Assembly: GCF_022045235.1 (NCBI RefSeq)
Contig: NW_027266264.1
Span: 2,976,001 to 3,040,000, forward strand
Length of the DNA stretch: 64,000 bases
From: Haliotis cracherodii
Taxonomy: Eukaryota
Direction of reading: 5' to 3'
The position numbers and the translations under genes were made by a program. Numbering within the stretch: the first letter of the stretch is position 1; every line of letters starts with the position of its first letter. The notes under the pieces are model-generated. The model was not told the DNA's origin, made no database searches, and worked only from the letters and a program-made list of their open reading frames with translations. This document shows, piece by piece, positions 13,201 through 26,085 of this stretch.

Positions 13201-16200
13201 GCAAAAACCTGTGAATTTAAGACGATTTCCTGCCTACAAACTTTGCAAGGTGTCACTAAAGGCTCTGTCTTAGGACCAATACTGTTTACCCCATATGCAC
13301 GGTCTCTCAGCTAAATTGGTGACAAGCACGAAATCAATCAACACCAGTGTGCTAATGCTAACCAGCTGTATGTTGGTTTCTCACATGACGATGCTGGAAA
13401 TTGTGTCGTCCAGATCGAAAGCTGTAATGGATGGCACCACACTGCTGAAACGTAATCGGGACAAAACAGAATTTATTGTGATAGGTCCCAAACGTCAAAT
13501 CCATGAATGTACAGCTGTTCAACAACGTGTTATAGGTGATGCTGTCATTGTTCATTCTGGTAACATGAAGAATCTGAGCGTAGTACCAGACCCGAACCAT
13601 CATGCAACCAGGGTGTGCCAAACAGCTAATTATCAAGAAATATTGGAAAATTTCGTCCATATCTAGCAAAACCCTATTCCGTGGAACTTCTATTGCCTCT
13701 TATGATATCCAGAACTGACTATTGTAACAGCCCCCTTGTGTATGACTTCAAGCCACCATGAATGCAGCTGCCAGAATTATATCCAAATCTTCCAAGTTTG
13801 ATCATGTACCCCAACATCTAATGGCGCTCCGCTGGCTGCCAGATGCAGCACTTGTCACCCGTAAGATCCTCATCCATGCCTACAAGCCTGCCTATCTCAG
13901 TTAACTCTTACTGATTTACTCTCCTCAACCAACTCTCTGATCTTAACAACAACAGTTTCCCGTGTTTAAACCTGTACTTTCGGAAATAGAACATATGCTG
14001 CATCGTTTCTGTGGAACAATCTGACGGAAAATCTGCTCCCACTATTTCCTCTTTCAAATCTCAGCTTAAGACATATCTGTTTCAACAGTCTTATAGTTGC
14101 TAAAGCGCACAGAGCATATGTGTTTTGAGAATTGTTGCCCTACACAGATGCATGTATTATTATAGAAACAACTTAAACGTTTATCACTTTGGTGAAACCC
14201 ACGATCATGGTATGGTGCCGATAAACCAAGAAACATAATCAGGGCGAATCTGGGATACGAAGCCACGTTTATAGGATTCTGGCAAGCCTAAAGGATGCAA
14301 AATGGACTTTGGGTGTACTTCTGACATTACTGCAGGAACATGAAAACATATATGTAGTTGTTTCATGACAGTGGGGTGTTCCGTGTTAAGAAAGCGGGGA
14401 TTTATGTTTCTTCAAGGCATCAAATTAACAATTTTGATTAAACTATGTGTTAATGTAGCCATTTCATTATGAATTTAAATCAATGAGGTCAACCTTTACT
14501 TATACTGTAAATATGGTTCACGTGAACCCTTTCTACAAACATATATCTAATTGGAGGATAGTTGGTCTAGTGTCTTAAATCTGTAAAGGATCCTGAGCAG
14601 AAGATGAGCTGAATACCCTTTCGCTATTGTCAGTTTGCTAACATTTAATAGACATCAATTTCCATATAAGTCCAACCTGCTGACGTCTTGAAAGGAGTCA
14701 TTGAACAGGAAAACATAAACTTTTTGCCGTAGTATGACTGCGACTACTCATATGTATGTTATTTGGGTATGATCAATTACTTTGGCGCCGATTACGTTGC
14801 ATTTTTCTTTGGTAGATCTACTTCCAAGACAGTATTCCCATGTAGTAATCACGTAATAAACTCTGCATTGGGATTCATTGATTGACAATTATTAAAGTAT
14901 CGTATTTCCATTACTTGTTTTTTTAGAAATTCCAGTTTGCCCGCCTGGTACCCATGGGAAGGAATGCCAAGTGCTGTGTGGACATTGTCGTGATGATGGG
15001 CCGTGCATGAGTGATACCGGACGCTGTCCATCCGGGTGTCAACCGGGGTGGATGGGGAACATGTGCACTGAAGGTAGAACGTATTCCTTGCCAGATGGAC
15101 TTTGTCATATGTCATTATTGTATATTCCCTTTTAAATCCTTTTGGTCCAACTCTAGAAGTACATCATATTATGCCTCAAAGTTATCAATCAGAGAGCAGA
15201 ACTACTGACCCCACATGAGCCCGTATACCGTCAGTAAAAATCCAAGATGGTTGTTACATTACTGCAGTTGTTTAATGTACAGCCTTCAAATAACGAACCC
15301 AGTGCTGGCTTTCTTTTCGTGATTCAAAAGTACTGAATAACTAAACAGCTTTTGGGTGATGATGTAAGACGAACCTGCTGTCATATTTTAAATGGGTTTC
15401 AGTGTATTTTACCACATTACTCTGGTTGTTTAATATACAGCCTTTGAATAACGAACCCGGTGCTGGCTTGTTTTTTGTTATTCGAAAAACGAATAACGAA
15501 TAACGAACCTGCATCTCACTTCAGGCCCCTGCTGTTTTGCACGCCTTGGTCAGAACCCCTGCGTTTATTACATACAAGGCTGGAACCCTACACTGAAACT
15601 GTCACATTTAACAAGCGAATTGTGTAGGAATAGTTTGAAATGGATTCTTACTTTCTTTCACAGTTGAAGTAATCGTCCTTATCACCGACCACAACGGCTA
15701 CATCTACAAGATGGATGCAAACAGCCAGGGCATCTTATACCACGACCAACAAGGAACAGAAGATATTGCCTATGATCCAGTTGAAGAACAAATCTATTGG
15801 TCCAATCTTGACACCCATTCTGTCAGCAGATTGAACCTCGATGGTGGAAATTACATGAAACTTTTCGACGTCCAAAGTAAGAATAATTTCATCAGCTACG
15901 GCATGCACAACCGGCTTGTTACTACGGACATTGTTATACTGGACATTTTTATACTGGACACTGTTATTCTGGACATTGTTATAAAGGACATTCTTATACA
16001 GGACATTGTTATACTGGACATTGTTATACTAGACATTGTTATACTGGATATTGTTATACCGGACATTGTTATACTGGACATTGTTATACTAGACATTGTT
16101 ATACTGGATATTGTTATCCTGGACATTGGTATACTGGACATTGTTATACCGGACATTGTTATACTGGATATTGTTATACCGGACATTGTTACACTGGACA

Positions 16201-19200
16201 TTGTTATACCGGACATTGTTATCCTGGACAGTGGTACACTGGACATTGTTATACTGGACATTGTTATACCGGACATTTGTATACCGGACATTGTTATACC
16301 GGATATTGTTATTCCGGACATTGTTAATCTGGACATTGTAATACCGGACATTGTTATACCGGACATTGTTATATATAGCTGGACATTGGCATACTGGACA
16401 TTGGTATAGGGACATTGTAATACTGGACATTGTTATACTGGCTATTGTTAAAATGGACACTGGTATACTGGCCATTGTTATACCGGACACTGGTAAACTG
16501 GACATTGGTATACCGGACACTGGTATACTGGACATTGTTATACCGGACATTGTTAAACCAGACATTGTTATCCTGGACAGTGGTATACTGGACATTGTTA
16601 TACTGGACATTGTTATACCGGACATTTGTATACCGGACATTGTTATACCGGATATTGTTATTCCGGACATTGTTATCCTGGACATTGTAATACCGGACAT
16701 TGTTATACCGGACATTGGTATATCGGACATTGTTAATGTGGACATTGTAATACCGGACATTGTTATACCGGACATTGTTATACTGGACATTGTCATACTT
16801 GACATTGGTATAGGGACATTGTAGTACTGGACATTGTTATACTGGCGATTGTTATAATGGACACTGGTATACTGGAAATTGTTATACCGGACATTGTTAT
16901 ACTGGCCATTGTTATACCGGACACTGGTAAACCGGACACTGGTATACTGGACATTGTTATACTGGACATTGTTATACTGGACATTGCTATACCGGACATT
17001 GTTATACTGGACATTGTTTTACTTGACATTGCTATACCGGACATTGTTTCATCGGACATTGTTGTGACGGACATTGTTAAACTGGACAATGTTATGCTGG
17101 ACATTGTTAAACTGGACAATGTTATGCTGGACATTGTCATACTGGACATTGTTAATCTGGAAATTGTTATACCGGACATTGTTATACCGGACATTGGTAT
17201 ACTGGCCATTGGCATACTGGACATTGGTATATGGACATTGTAATACCGGACATTGTAATACTGGCCATTGTTATACCGGACACTGGTAAACTGGACATTG
17301 GTATACTGGATATTGTTATACTGGACATTTTTATCCTGGACATTATATTATACCGGACATTGTTACTTTAGATGAGTACAGTGGGTAGCATATCGTCGTG
17401 TTTATCAGCCGACGCCAGCGAAATACTATGACACATGGTGTTATGATAATACACATATAATAAGTAACCTAAGTAACCTATGCAATATTGTACAACCAAT
17501 GTGACCAAATACTACACAGGCCGCCGTAATATAGCTGGGATATTGCTGAGTGCGGGGTTAAACAACAAACAAACAACAAATCAAACGTACACAGAGAAGG
17601 AATGAGAGTGTTTGTACTCACTGAAGAAACTAGCTGGTCCTGGCTACTCATTACTCATCGTGTCAAATGAAGACAGTCGTGTCGTTGTCTCTGTTGTCAC
17701 ATGATAGAGACATCGCGCCAGAAACAGGGCTGGTGTTGGGGTCGGTCCTCAGATACACAAAATGGGGTATATTGGCATATTGATTCTGCTTACAACAAAT
17801 GTTTTCTTTTGCAGAATCTCAAGGAATAGTGTTGGATCCGAGGTCTAGGATCCTTTTTTACAGCGATGATAGAACTGCGGTAATTGGGAAATATCATCTG
17901 AAGACGAGAGTGGAAGAAGTGATTGTACGTTCAGATTTGAGTCGACCACACGCCCTTGCAGCTGATACACAGAGAAGGTATGATGATGAGCATGTTTGCC
18001 GTTTTATATGATAGCTGGAAAAGTAGATACCATTTGTTTTGAAAAGAACCAAAGTGTTTCTGTGGTTGTTGGTGTCAGTGTGAGTGTTGGTCTTGGTGTT
18101 AGTGTTATTGGTAGTGTGACACTAAGTGTGAGTGGTAGTGTGAGTTTGACAGTGAGTTTAAATGGTGGGGTGAGTGTGAGTTTAAGTATAAGAGTAGTGT
18201 GAGTTTAAGTGGTAGTGTTACAGTGAGTGTGAGTGGTAGTGTGACAGTGAGTGTGAGTGGTAGTGTGACAGTGAATGTGAGGGTGACACTGAGTGTTAGT
18301 GTGAGTGTGACACCGTGTGTGAGTGGTAGTGTGACAGTGAGTGTGAGAGGTAGTGTGACAGTGAGTGTGAGTGTGACACCGAGTGGGAGTGGTAGTGTGA
18401 CAGTGAGTGTGAGAGGTAGTGTGACAGTGAGTGTGAGTTGAAGTGTGACAGTGTGTGTGAGTGGAAGTGTGACAGTGAGTGTGAGTGTGACACCGAGTGC
18501 GAGTGGTAGTGTGCCAGTGAGTGGAAGTGTGACAGTGAGTGTGAGGGGAAGTGTGACAGTGAGTGTGAGTGGAAGTGTGACAGTGAGTGTGAGTGTGACA
18601 CCGAGTGCGAGTGGTAGTACGACAATGAGTGTGAGTGGTAGTGTGACACTGAGTGTGAGTGTGAGTGTGACACCGAGTGCGAGTGGTAGTGTGACAATGA
18701 GTGACAGAGGTAGTGTGACACTGATAGCATTTGTTTTGAAAAGAACCAAAGTGTTTCTGTGGTTGTTTGTGTCAGTGTGAGTGAGTAAGTTTAAATGGTG
18801 GTGTGAGTGTGAGTTTAAGTATACGAGTAGTGTGAGTTTATGTGGTAGTGTTACAGTGAGTGTGAGGGGTAGTGTGACAGTGAGTGTGAGAGGTAGTGTG
18901 ACAGTGAGTGTGAGTGGAAGTGTGACAGTGAGTGTGAGTGTGACACCGAGTGCGAGTGGTACTGTGAGTGTGAGTGTGACATTTAGTGTGAGTGGAAGTG
19001 TGACAGTGAGTGTGAGTGGTAGTGTGACACCGAGAGTGAGTGTGAGTGTGACACCGAGTGAGTGTGATAGTGTGACAGTGAGTGTTAGTGGTAGTGTGAC
19101 AGTGAGTGTCAGGGGTAGTGTGACAGTGAGTGTGAGTGGTAGTGTGACAGTTACTGGCAGTGTGACACTGAGTGTGAGTGTGAGTGTGACACTGAGTGTA

Positions 19201-22200
19201 AGAGGTAGGGTGACAGTGAGTGTGACTGTAGTGTGACAGTGAGTGGTAGTGTGACACTGAGTGTGAGTGTGACAGTAGTGTGACACCGAGTTCGAGTGCT
19301 AGTGTGACACTGAGTGTGAGAGTGTGCGTGTGAGTGTAACAGTAGTGTGACACTGAGTGTGAGTGTGAATGTGACACTGAGTCCGAGAGGTAGTGTGACA
19401 GTGAGTGGAAGTGTGACAGTGAGTGTGAGGGGAAGTGTGACAGTGAGTGTGAGTGGTAGTGTGACAGTGAGTGTGAGTGGTAGTGTGACAGTGAGTGTGA
19501 GTGGTAGTGTGACAGTGAGTGGTAGTGTGACAGTGAGTGTGAGTGGAAGTTTGAGTGTGAGTGTGAGTGTTAATGTGAGAGTGACTGTGAGTGTTTTCCC
19601 TTTTCGCGAGCACCTGGTGTCATCGGTGATTTTCAGTGATCCATTCATATACCTTTCACCGCTATTGTGCCTTGTACGCCCAATAAAGTCAGTATCGTCG
19701 GATAATCGAGACTGATTATTCTCTGGTGTTGATGTTTAATGTTATACAAACAGGAAACTCTACTGGTCAGACATTGGAAACTCTCCCAGAATCGAGGTGG
19801 CTGACTACAACGGGAATGACAGAGAAACCCTTGTACAGTCCCACCTCATCTGGCCTACATCACTGGTGTTAGACAAAACAGGTAAATTGTCACACAATCT
19901 CCAGATGTGTCAGGGAAGGAGTCGTGTAAAGCACAGCACGAAAAGGCAGGCATCCCGCATACAACATAAGTAACACGGTTCAATTTAAATTTCTAAACCT
20001 TTTCCAAGTTTGTCTGTCTTGTTGTATACTTAACTGAACATAATGCACGACTTTGGTATGGAGGTATGATTCCGAGAGACTGTTCCCTGCACATACGTAT
20101 TCCCAGTATTCTAGATATGCCATATCATATGGTAAAGGCTGATAGTAGTAACAGTTAACTGTGTTATATAGGAGACAATTTGTACTGGGTTGATGAACAT
20201 GGATCCTTGAATGACGTGATGGCACTAAACCTCTCCACAAGGACTTCCAGATCTATACTGTACACTGGGCGCCGGCGGGAATTCTTCGATCTTGATGTGT
20301 ACAACGACACTTTATACTTCATTGACCGGGAGGAAACGTTAGTGATGTCATGAATACTATTTGTGTGTTTATTGGTCTTGATTACTTTACAATGAAATTG
20401 AATTAACAGAGAGTCTTTAAAGAGAAGTATGGTAATATACCTGTTGTGATACAGCTTTTTAAACAATTAAAATGTGTTATTGTGTTCTTTTTTCACTCGA
20501 AGAAATATGAATCATACGACATCTGAAACAAAAAACGAACCAAACGCAAGCATACGCCAAGGAGAATAGAATCTTACATTGAATACCGACCTATCTACTG
20601 TTTGTTTTTCAAATAAATACTTACTGTCCCATATTTCCAGGTCTATCTATTTATCGATGCCAATAACGGGAGGAGAACTGACACCAACATCAACGCCAGA
20701 AGGGATGTCAATGTACAGACACATCCGCGTGTTCCACTACCCACATGGTGAATATAATATATTTGTGTGACAGGATTGAATAGAGGGGTGCTACAATGTT
20801 GTCTTTACAGGGGTCGGCAAATATACTACCTGTCTGGTTTTTGTATTCGAAAATCTTGAAGTGAGTGAGATAGTTGCTTTAACTGCTTTAAACTGTATTT
20901 CCGTTATATCACGACGTGTCAGCTTGATGTGGGTAAAACACAGAAGTGATACAGGTGTTACAAGTTGACCACATTGGTACATGATATGGTGCTGATAAAC
21001 CAGGAACCATGATCAGAGAGAATCCGGGATGCGGACCCACGATCATAGGATTCTGGCCTGCCCAAGGGCCGCCAAAGCAAATTCTGACTGGGCCATATGT
21101 ACTCGGGACATTTTTGTAGGAATATGTATATAGTAGTTACATGATTGATAGTGGGGTGTTCGGCGTTAAGACCGCGGGGAGGTTGTTGTAACGATTTTCA
21201 TTAAATTCTGCATTAACATAACCATTTCGTTATGAATTATTATCTTTGAGGTCAATATGTAAGGCATCTAGACCAAAAGTTGAGGTGAACATCCTTTTGC
21301 TGTTGTCAAGTTGTTAACATTTAAAAGAAATAAGTCCAACCTGCTGACCACTCGAAAGGAGTCGTTAAGCAGGAAGACATACAGTTGTAGCTCAATGCGG
21401 TATCACTACCACTACCCCAGTGTATGTGCTTTGGACCTGTTCCTTGTCGGAATAAAGTGCGCCGATGTATTTACATTTTTGCGTGTTAGAACCATTTCAA
21501 AGACAATATCCCCATGAATTAATTTATTAACTCTACACGTCTACATTGGGATTCTTGGATTAAAATTTAAGGGATCGTAAGAGTAAGAGTAGTTTTGGAG
21601 TAACAGTTCCATAACTTGTATTTTAGAAATTCCAGGATGCCCGCCTGGTACCCATGGGAAGGAATGCCAAGTGCCGTGTGGACATTGTCGAGACGATAGG
21701 CCGTGCATGAGTGATACCGGACGCTGTCCATCCGGGTGTCAACCAGGGTGGATGGGGAATATGTGCACTGAGGGTAGAACGTATTACTTGCCAGATGGAC
21801 TTTGTCATACATTGTCAGTGTTGTATATGCCCCTAAAATCCTTTTGGCCCAATCCTAGAAGCACGTCATGTGCTGTGACCGTAGGACCTATAATGAACTG
21901 CTGTGAACTCACTGAAAAAAGATGTTTAAACGAAGACAAAACACATTCAATGCACATATCACCAATACTAAGAGTGAATATCTGACCAAATACCGAATGG
22001 TATGTACTCTTTAATCCTTTAGGTCCACTCCCAGAAGTACATCATATGTCGTGACCATACAACAAACAGTAAACAAACAAACAGTTATGAACGTACTGAC
22101 AAGAGAGACAAAACACAACTCACCTATACTTAGTGTGAAAATCTAACCGTATACCGAATCGTATCCACAGATTATGATAAGAGATCTAAACTTGGTCAAA

Positions 22201-25200
22201 TGAAAACTAATGGTTTCTGTATATATGGTGTAAATATGTAAAGGTCATTTCAAGCATCAGAAATTGTTAATTGGCTGCGTAACGCCAATAATTTGTGTTT
22301 CATGAAAGTGTGTGGTGCCTCTTAATTCCTAGCCATTCTATATCTGCATGACATAGAGTGTCCAGATGGAAGTCACGGTGATGACTGTCACGTCCCATGT
22401 GGTCACTGCAGTGACAACATCCCCTGCAACAAGACGGACGGTCTCTGCCCCAGTGGGTGTGCTGCAGGATGGACAAGGCCCCACTGTACTCGAGGTGACG
22501 TCTTAGCTTGCCATGCCTGGCCAATCCTAGAAATACATCATATGTCTTGACCATAGGACCTTAATAAACTGTTATGAACGTTCTGAGAAAATGCGATTTA
22601 AGGAAGACAAAACATGATCTATGCAAAAATAACTTATACTGAGAGTGAATATCTAACCGAATACCGTATTTTAAGTCTCTTATATCCTGTTTGTCCAGTT
22701 TTAGAAGTACATCACATGTCGTGACCATTGGACAAACCGTTATGAACCTAGTGACATGAGAGACTAAACGAGGACAAGACATATATCACCTGAACTAAGA
22801 GTACAAATCTAGCCGGATACCGAATCTTATGTTTCAGATTTTGGAAAGAACCCCACAGATTACAAAAAGAGATCTAAACTTGTTCAAATGTAAACTGGTT
22901 TCCGTATATATGTTGTGGATATGTAAAGGTCAATTCAAGCATCAGAAAGTATTAATTGGCTGACAAAACTCGCAAAATTTGTTGCCTCTTAATTCGTAGC
23001 CATTCCTTATAACCTAGAGTGTTCAGATGGAAGTCACGGTGCTGACTGTCACGTCCCATGTGGTCACTGCAGTGACAACATCCCCTGCGACAAGACGGAC
23101 GGTCTCTGCCCCAGAGGATGTGCTGCAGGATGGACAATGCCCCACTGTACTCGAGGTGACGACTTGGCTTGCTCTTCCTGGCAGATACTTTACCCTTGTG
23201 TCGTCGGACTATTCGGTATCATCAGATGATGTATACTTGTACTTCTCGCGGATCATGGTCATAAAAAACAGCTGTTTGATCGCCGGTATTTGTTTGCAAT
23301 ATATCACATAAGTAAGGCGATAAAACCCGCTCCATATTCAATATAAATCTCGATTGTGCGATTCCGACTATATCATTGGCATGTGTTTATGAATCACTAG
23401 TGATGATACCAGGTGTTCGCGAAACGGTGAGCGTATCCTGACTCACCCGTCACAAACACATACAAAGGCAAGGCAATTGTTTACCGAAAAAGCGCGGGAA
23501 CATATGGTACAAGTCAAACCAGGGAGATGCGTCAAATTTGGAAATGTCTTGGCCAAATTACCTAGTTTTGACGATTAAATGCTTTAGTTGTTGTGTATGT
23601 ACTGACGTAGAACCAATTCATTATGTATGTAGCATATTCTAACTTAAAGATGCAGAAGTAACGAGATGTAGTAAACTATGTAAAGGTACGAACTGTAGCA
23701 TCCTTATGACCAATGTTTCAGAGTGTACGTATGGCTTAAACCGAAACGAAACATAAAAAAAAGAAATTGATTTGAAATTACCATTTGACATGTGTATGAA
23801 ACAGCATAATTATTTGTAATATTATTTGGGTGCTATGGGGTGGAATGGGGTTATGCTTCAGAGTGTCTGTATGGGTATGTTGATGTCAGCTGCAATCGGC
23901 GATGTTCTTTAGCCCAAAACGCAATTATACGGTTTAAACGATCAGCAAGCCTGCTTTGATATATTCTAAATGCATTAAATAATACACAGTCTAAGTTACA
24001 TTGGTCTTATAGACGCGGAATCCACCTGGAGAAATCTTTGTATATTGGGTGGAATACAATATTTCAATGAATACAATGTTTCAATGTATACAATGTTTCA
24101 GGGTGTAAGGATGGGTATTTTGGTGACATCTGCGAGAAATCATGTGGGCACTGTGTGAATGGCATTGTGTGTGACAAGGCAGATGGGCGGTGTGCTTCAG
24201 GATGCGAGGCTGGATGGTTTGGGTACAACTGTACTCAAGGTAAAAAATCGATAAAGATCTACACGTTTCCGGTTTCAACAAGCATGACCTTTGGGCCTGT
24301 ATAAAAATAAATATCCATTCCCTTCAATGTATGTTTGAAAGGTTAAACATAAAACCTTTTCGAAATAATAACAAACATTTAATTCAGATCAAGCATTATG
24401 TATCCAGATATTCTGTTAATTGTATAATGGGGGTGAAATAATATATGTTTTAGAGTGCACCTATGGATATTTTGGTGTAAACTGCAATCAGTCCTGTGGC
24501 CAGTGTATGGGTGGAGTTGCTTGTGACAAAGGAGATGGACGATGTGTCTCTGGTTGTGCAACTGGCTGGATTGGGTACAACTGTACTCATGCTTCTACTC
24601 CACTAGAAACGGATTCACGTGAGTAACATGCGATATCTATGTAAGTGATCTAATGAAGATAGTACCCTTGAAGATCAGGGTTAGAATAGGTCTTCAGCAA
24701 CCAATGCTTGTCGTAATAGGCGACTATGCTTGTCGTAACAGGCGACTACCGGGATCGGGGATCATAGTCGCTGACTTGGCCTGTTCATGTCATCGTATCC
24801 CAATTGCGGGGATCAATGCTCATGACATCAATCACTGGATTGTCTGATCCAGACTCGATTATTAACAGACCGCCTTCACATAGTTGGAATATTGCCGTGT
24901 GCGGCGTTAGACAACAAACCAACACACAGTTATGAAGATAGTTGACATGGCTTACATGTTGGCCTATTTTCTTGTCATGTTTTATCACTAAAGTAGCAAT
25001 TTGAAAGCATACTGATGATCTCTCATTATGAACATGAAATACCACAGGGGAAACAAATCCATCTTGTCCAAATAAATAAGTTTTATTCACTACTTCATAC
25101 ACTGGTTGTATTTAGCTGAATATAAAAGATACCTTTTGATACTTTCTATTCCGATATGTATGGCTTCGATGCAAATATCAAAATGTGTATCGAATTAACA

Positions 25201-26085
25201 ACTGGGTGTCTTTGATTGACGGAGCTTGTACTTCAGATTTCAACCTCATTCTCGTCGTGGTCTGTGTTTGTGCTGCTGCTGCCGTGCTTCTAGTCACGGC
25301 TTTGGGTATCTACACATACAGGTGAATATAGCCAAAACCTTTCCATCATCATAAGAAATCTCTGCTAAAAGCACAGTCCATTTTACGATTCCGACCATGT
25401 CATATGCACGTGTTTATGAATTACTATCAAGTTCATGTCTGAAAACATCTAGTCAGTTAGCAGAAAGACACTATGCTCATATGGTACACGTTTGTCAACT
25501 GTTTGGAATTGAATGATAAAGCTTCTAATTGTACTAATGGATATGTCTCGGTAGTGTCTCCCTTTCAAACGTTACAAACTGGAGGTTGGTCTTTGTGGTG
25601 ACTATAATGCTATCTTGTTTGGTTGATATCGAACATTTGCCCAGGAACATTTCGCTCAATAGTATTATTGGGGGGAATGCCCTGACGTTGTTGAATACAC
25701 TGGAATAGCTCATGTTTATGATTGAAAGATTGAGTAGCCTGCTATTGTGTCTGGCACCATGATATGGTCTCACGGTTTTGAAAGGCCAAACACAAACCTT
25801 TTTGGGATGGGTAATGCTTCGTTAGAAAGATTCTGGGATCAGATAGTGTTTCTTCATGGGAAGTATTTGGTCCTTTAAATTGAGGAGTACTGAGAAGGTA
25901 AATGTGTCCCTGAGACAAAAGTAATGATTGTGTTAAAGTTGTGTATAATTAAACACCACTGGCTACAACATAATGATTAATTATTTATATTAATAAATAA
26001 TTTGATTTCTTTCATCTTCTGCAGACTCAGGAAATCATCAATACCCAATACAGGTGAGGATACAGTAGCATACCGCGTCATGTAG
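4791..26085 (+). CDS. Receptor A (5'-partial): 2x YWTD beta-propeller + up to 10 MEGF10/SREC-type EGF repeats + TM + short tail
   Basis: GT-AG, phase-compatible exons. Propeller 1: 4791-4953, 6892-7019, 7293-7458, 7788-7894. EGF: 8627-8773, 9166-9303, 10460-10606, 12525-12662, 14927-15073. Propeller 2: 15664-15876, 17815-17977, 19754-19881, 20172-20337, 20641-20747. EGF: 21627-21773, 22357-22494, 23018-23155, 24102-24239, 24454-24618. TM: 25237-25321 (LILVVVCVCAAAAVLLVTALGIY). Tail: 26025-26085. Blade motifs LITD, IYWSN, LFYSD, LYWSD, LYWVD, LYFID. Whether the two modules form one transcript is inferred. Confidence 0.75.
5045..6740 (+). repeat. GT-rich compound minisatellite
   Basis: Recurring GTGTTGGTCTTGTATGGGTGTGAATG core with variable (GTGTTA/GTGTGA)n. 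Confidence 0.95.
8089..8443 (+). mobile_element. tRNA-derived SINE with Meta-like central domain
   Basis: B box GGTTCGATTCC; ACCAAAAGACGTTAAAAGAT core; CACCT tail; flanked by a TCTGATCC duplication; partial copy at 10063-10282. Confidence 0.8.
8896..8935 (+). pseudogene. Dead EGF pseudoexon (duplicate at 12255-12294)
   Basis: Homolog of exon 23018-23155 with acceptor AG>GG, a 15-bp deletion between two GTCACG, and truncation. Confidence 0.7.
9590..9765 (+). mobile_element. Penelope-like terminal fragment with minimal hammerhead-like motif
   Basis: TTGACAA-C-GGTATA-aggatc-TGTACC-GAAAC-GTC followed by ATTAAAGAAGTTGTTATCC; related copies at 12930-13105 and 46870-47030. Confidence 0.55.
9850..10062 (+). 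mobile_element. Truncated duplicate of the L2/CR1 RT fragment
   Basis: ORF 9878-10099 contains QGVTQGSVLGPILLTLY; near-identical to 13210-13400. Confidence 0.75.
10645..12168 (-). mobile_element. Tc1-family transposon, defective
   Basis: 30-bp TIRs (AACTGAAGTACAAAA.AAAGTACACACCCC, 1 mismatch); TA TSD. Transposase 11890-10893 has TGA at codon 9 and a frameshifting deletion at the WP..SPDL motif. Confidence 0.95.
12930..13105 (+). mobile_element. Penelope-like terminal fragment (duplicate)
   Basis: Duplicate of 9590-9765 with a perfect GGTATA/TATACC stem. Confidence 0.55.
13200..14165 (+). mobile_element. Degenerate L2/CR1-type LINE, RT and 3' end
   Basis: GV..GSVLGPILF, N.DKTEFIVIGPK and later RT-thumb fragments; ends FKSQLKTYLF. 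Truncated duplicate at ~9850-10062. Confidence 0.75.
15664..20747 (+). CDS. YWTD/LDLR class B propeller module 2 (5 exons, all six blades)
   Basis: Its last four exons (163, 128, 166, 107 bp) equal the module 1 exons in length with near-identical sequence; the extra first exon is 213 bp; canonical splice sites. Confidence 0.87.
15918..17370 (+). repeat. 15-bp minisatellite (GGACATTGTTATACT/C)n, expanded paralogous copy
   Basis: Same unit and same intron position as 36-450, about 1.45 kb long. Confidence 0.95.
18060..19595 (+). repeat. GT-rich minisatellite (~24-bp GTGTGACAGTGAGTGTGAGTGGTA)
   Basis: Direct inspection; source of spurious VTLPLTL/SVTV ORFs. Confidence 0.95.
24664..24925 (+). 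mobile_element. ~260-bp SINE-like retroposon
   Basis: Same family motifs. Confidence 0.82.

Noticed and set aside
15896-17289. Long ORFs (DIVIL, SITMS, WTLLY repeats)
   Set aside because: Translations of a 15-bp minisatellite downstream of a good donor at 15876/7.
18105-19715. ORFs up to 393 aa (VTLPLTL, SHSH)
   Set aside because: Low-complexity intronic satellite open by chance.
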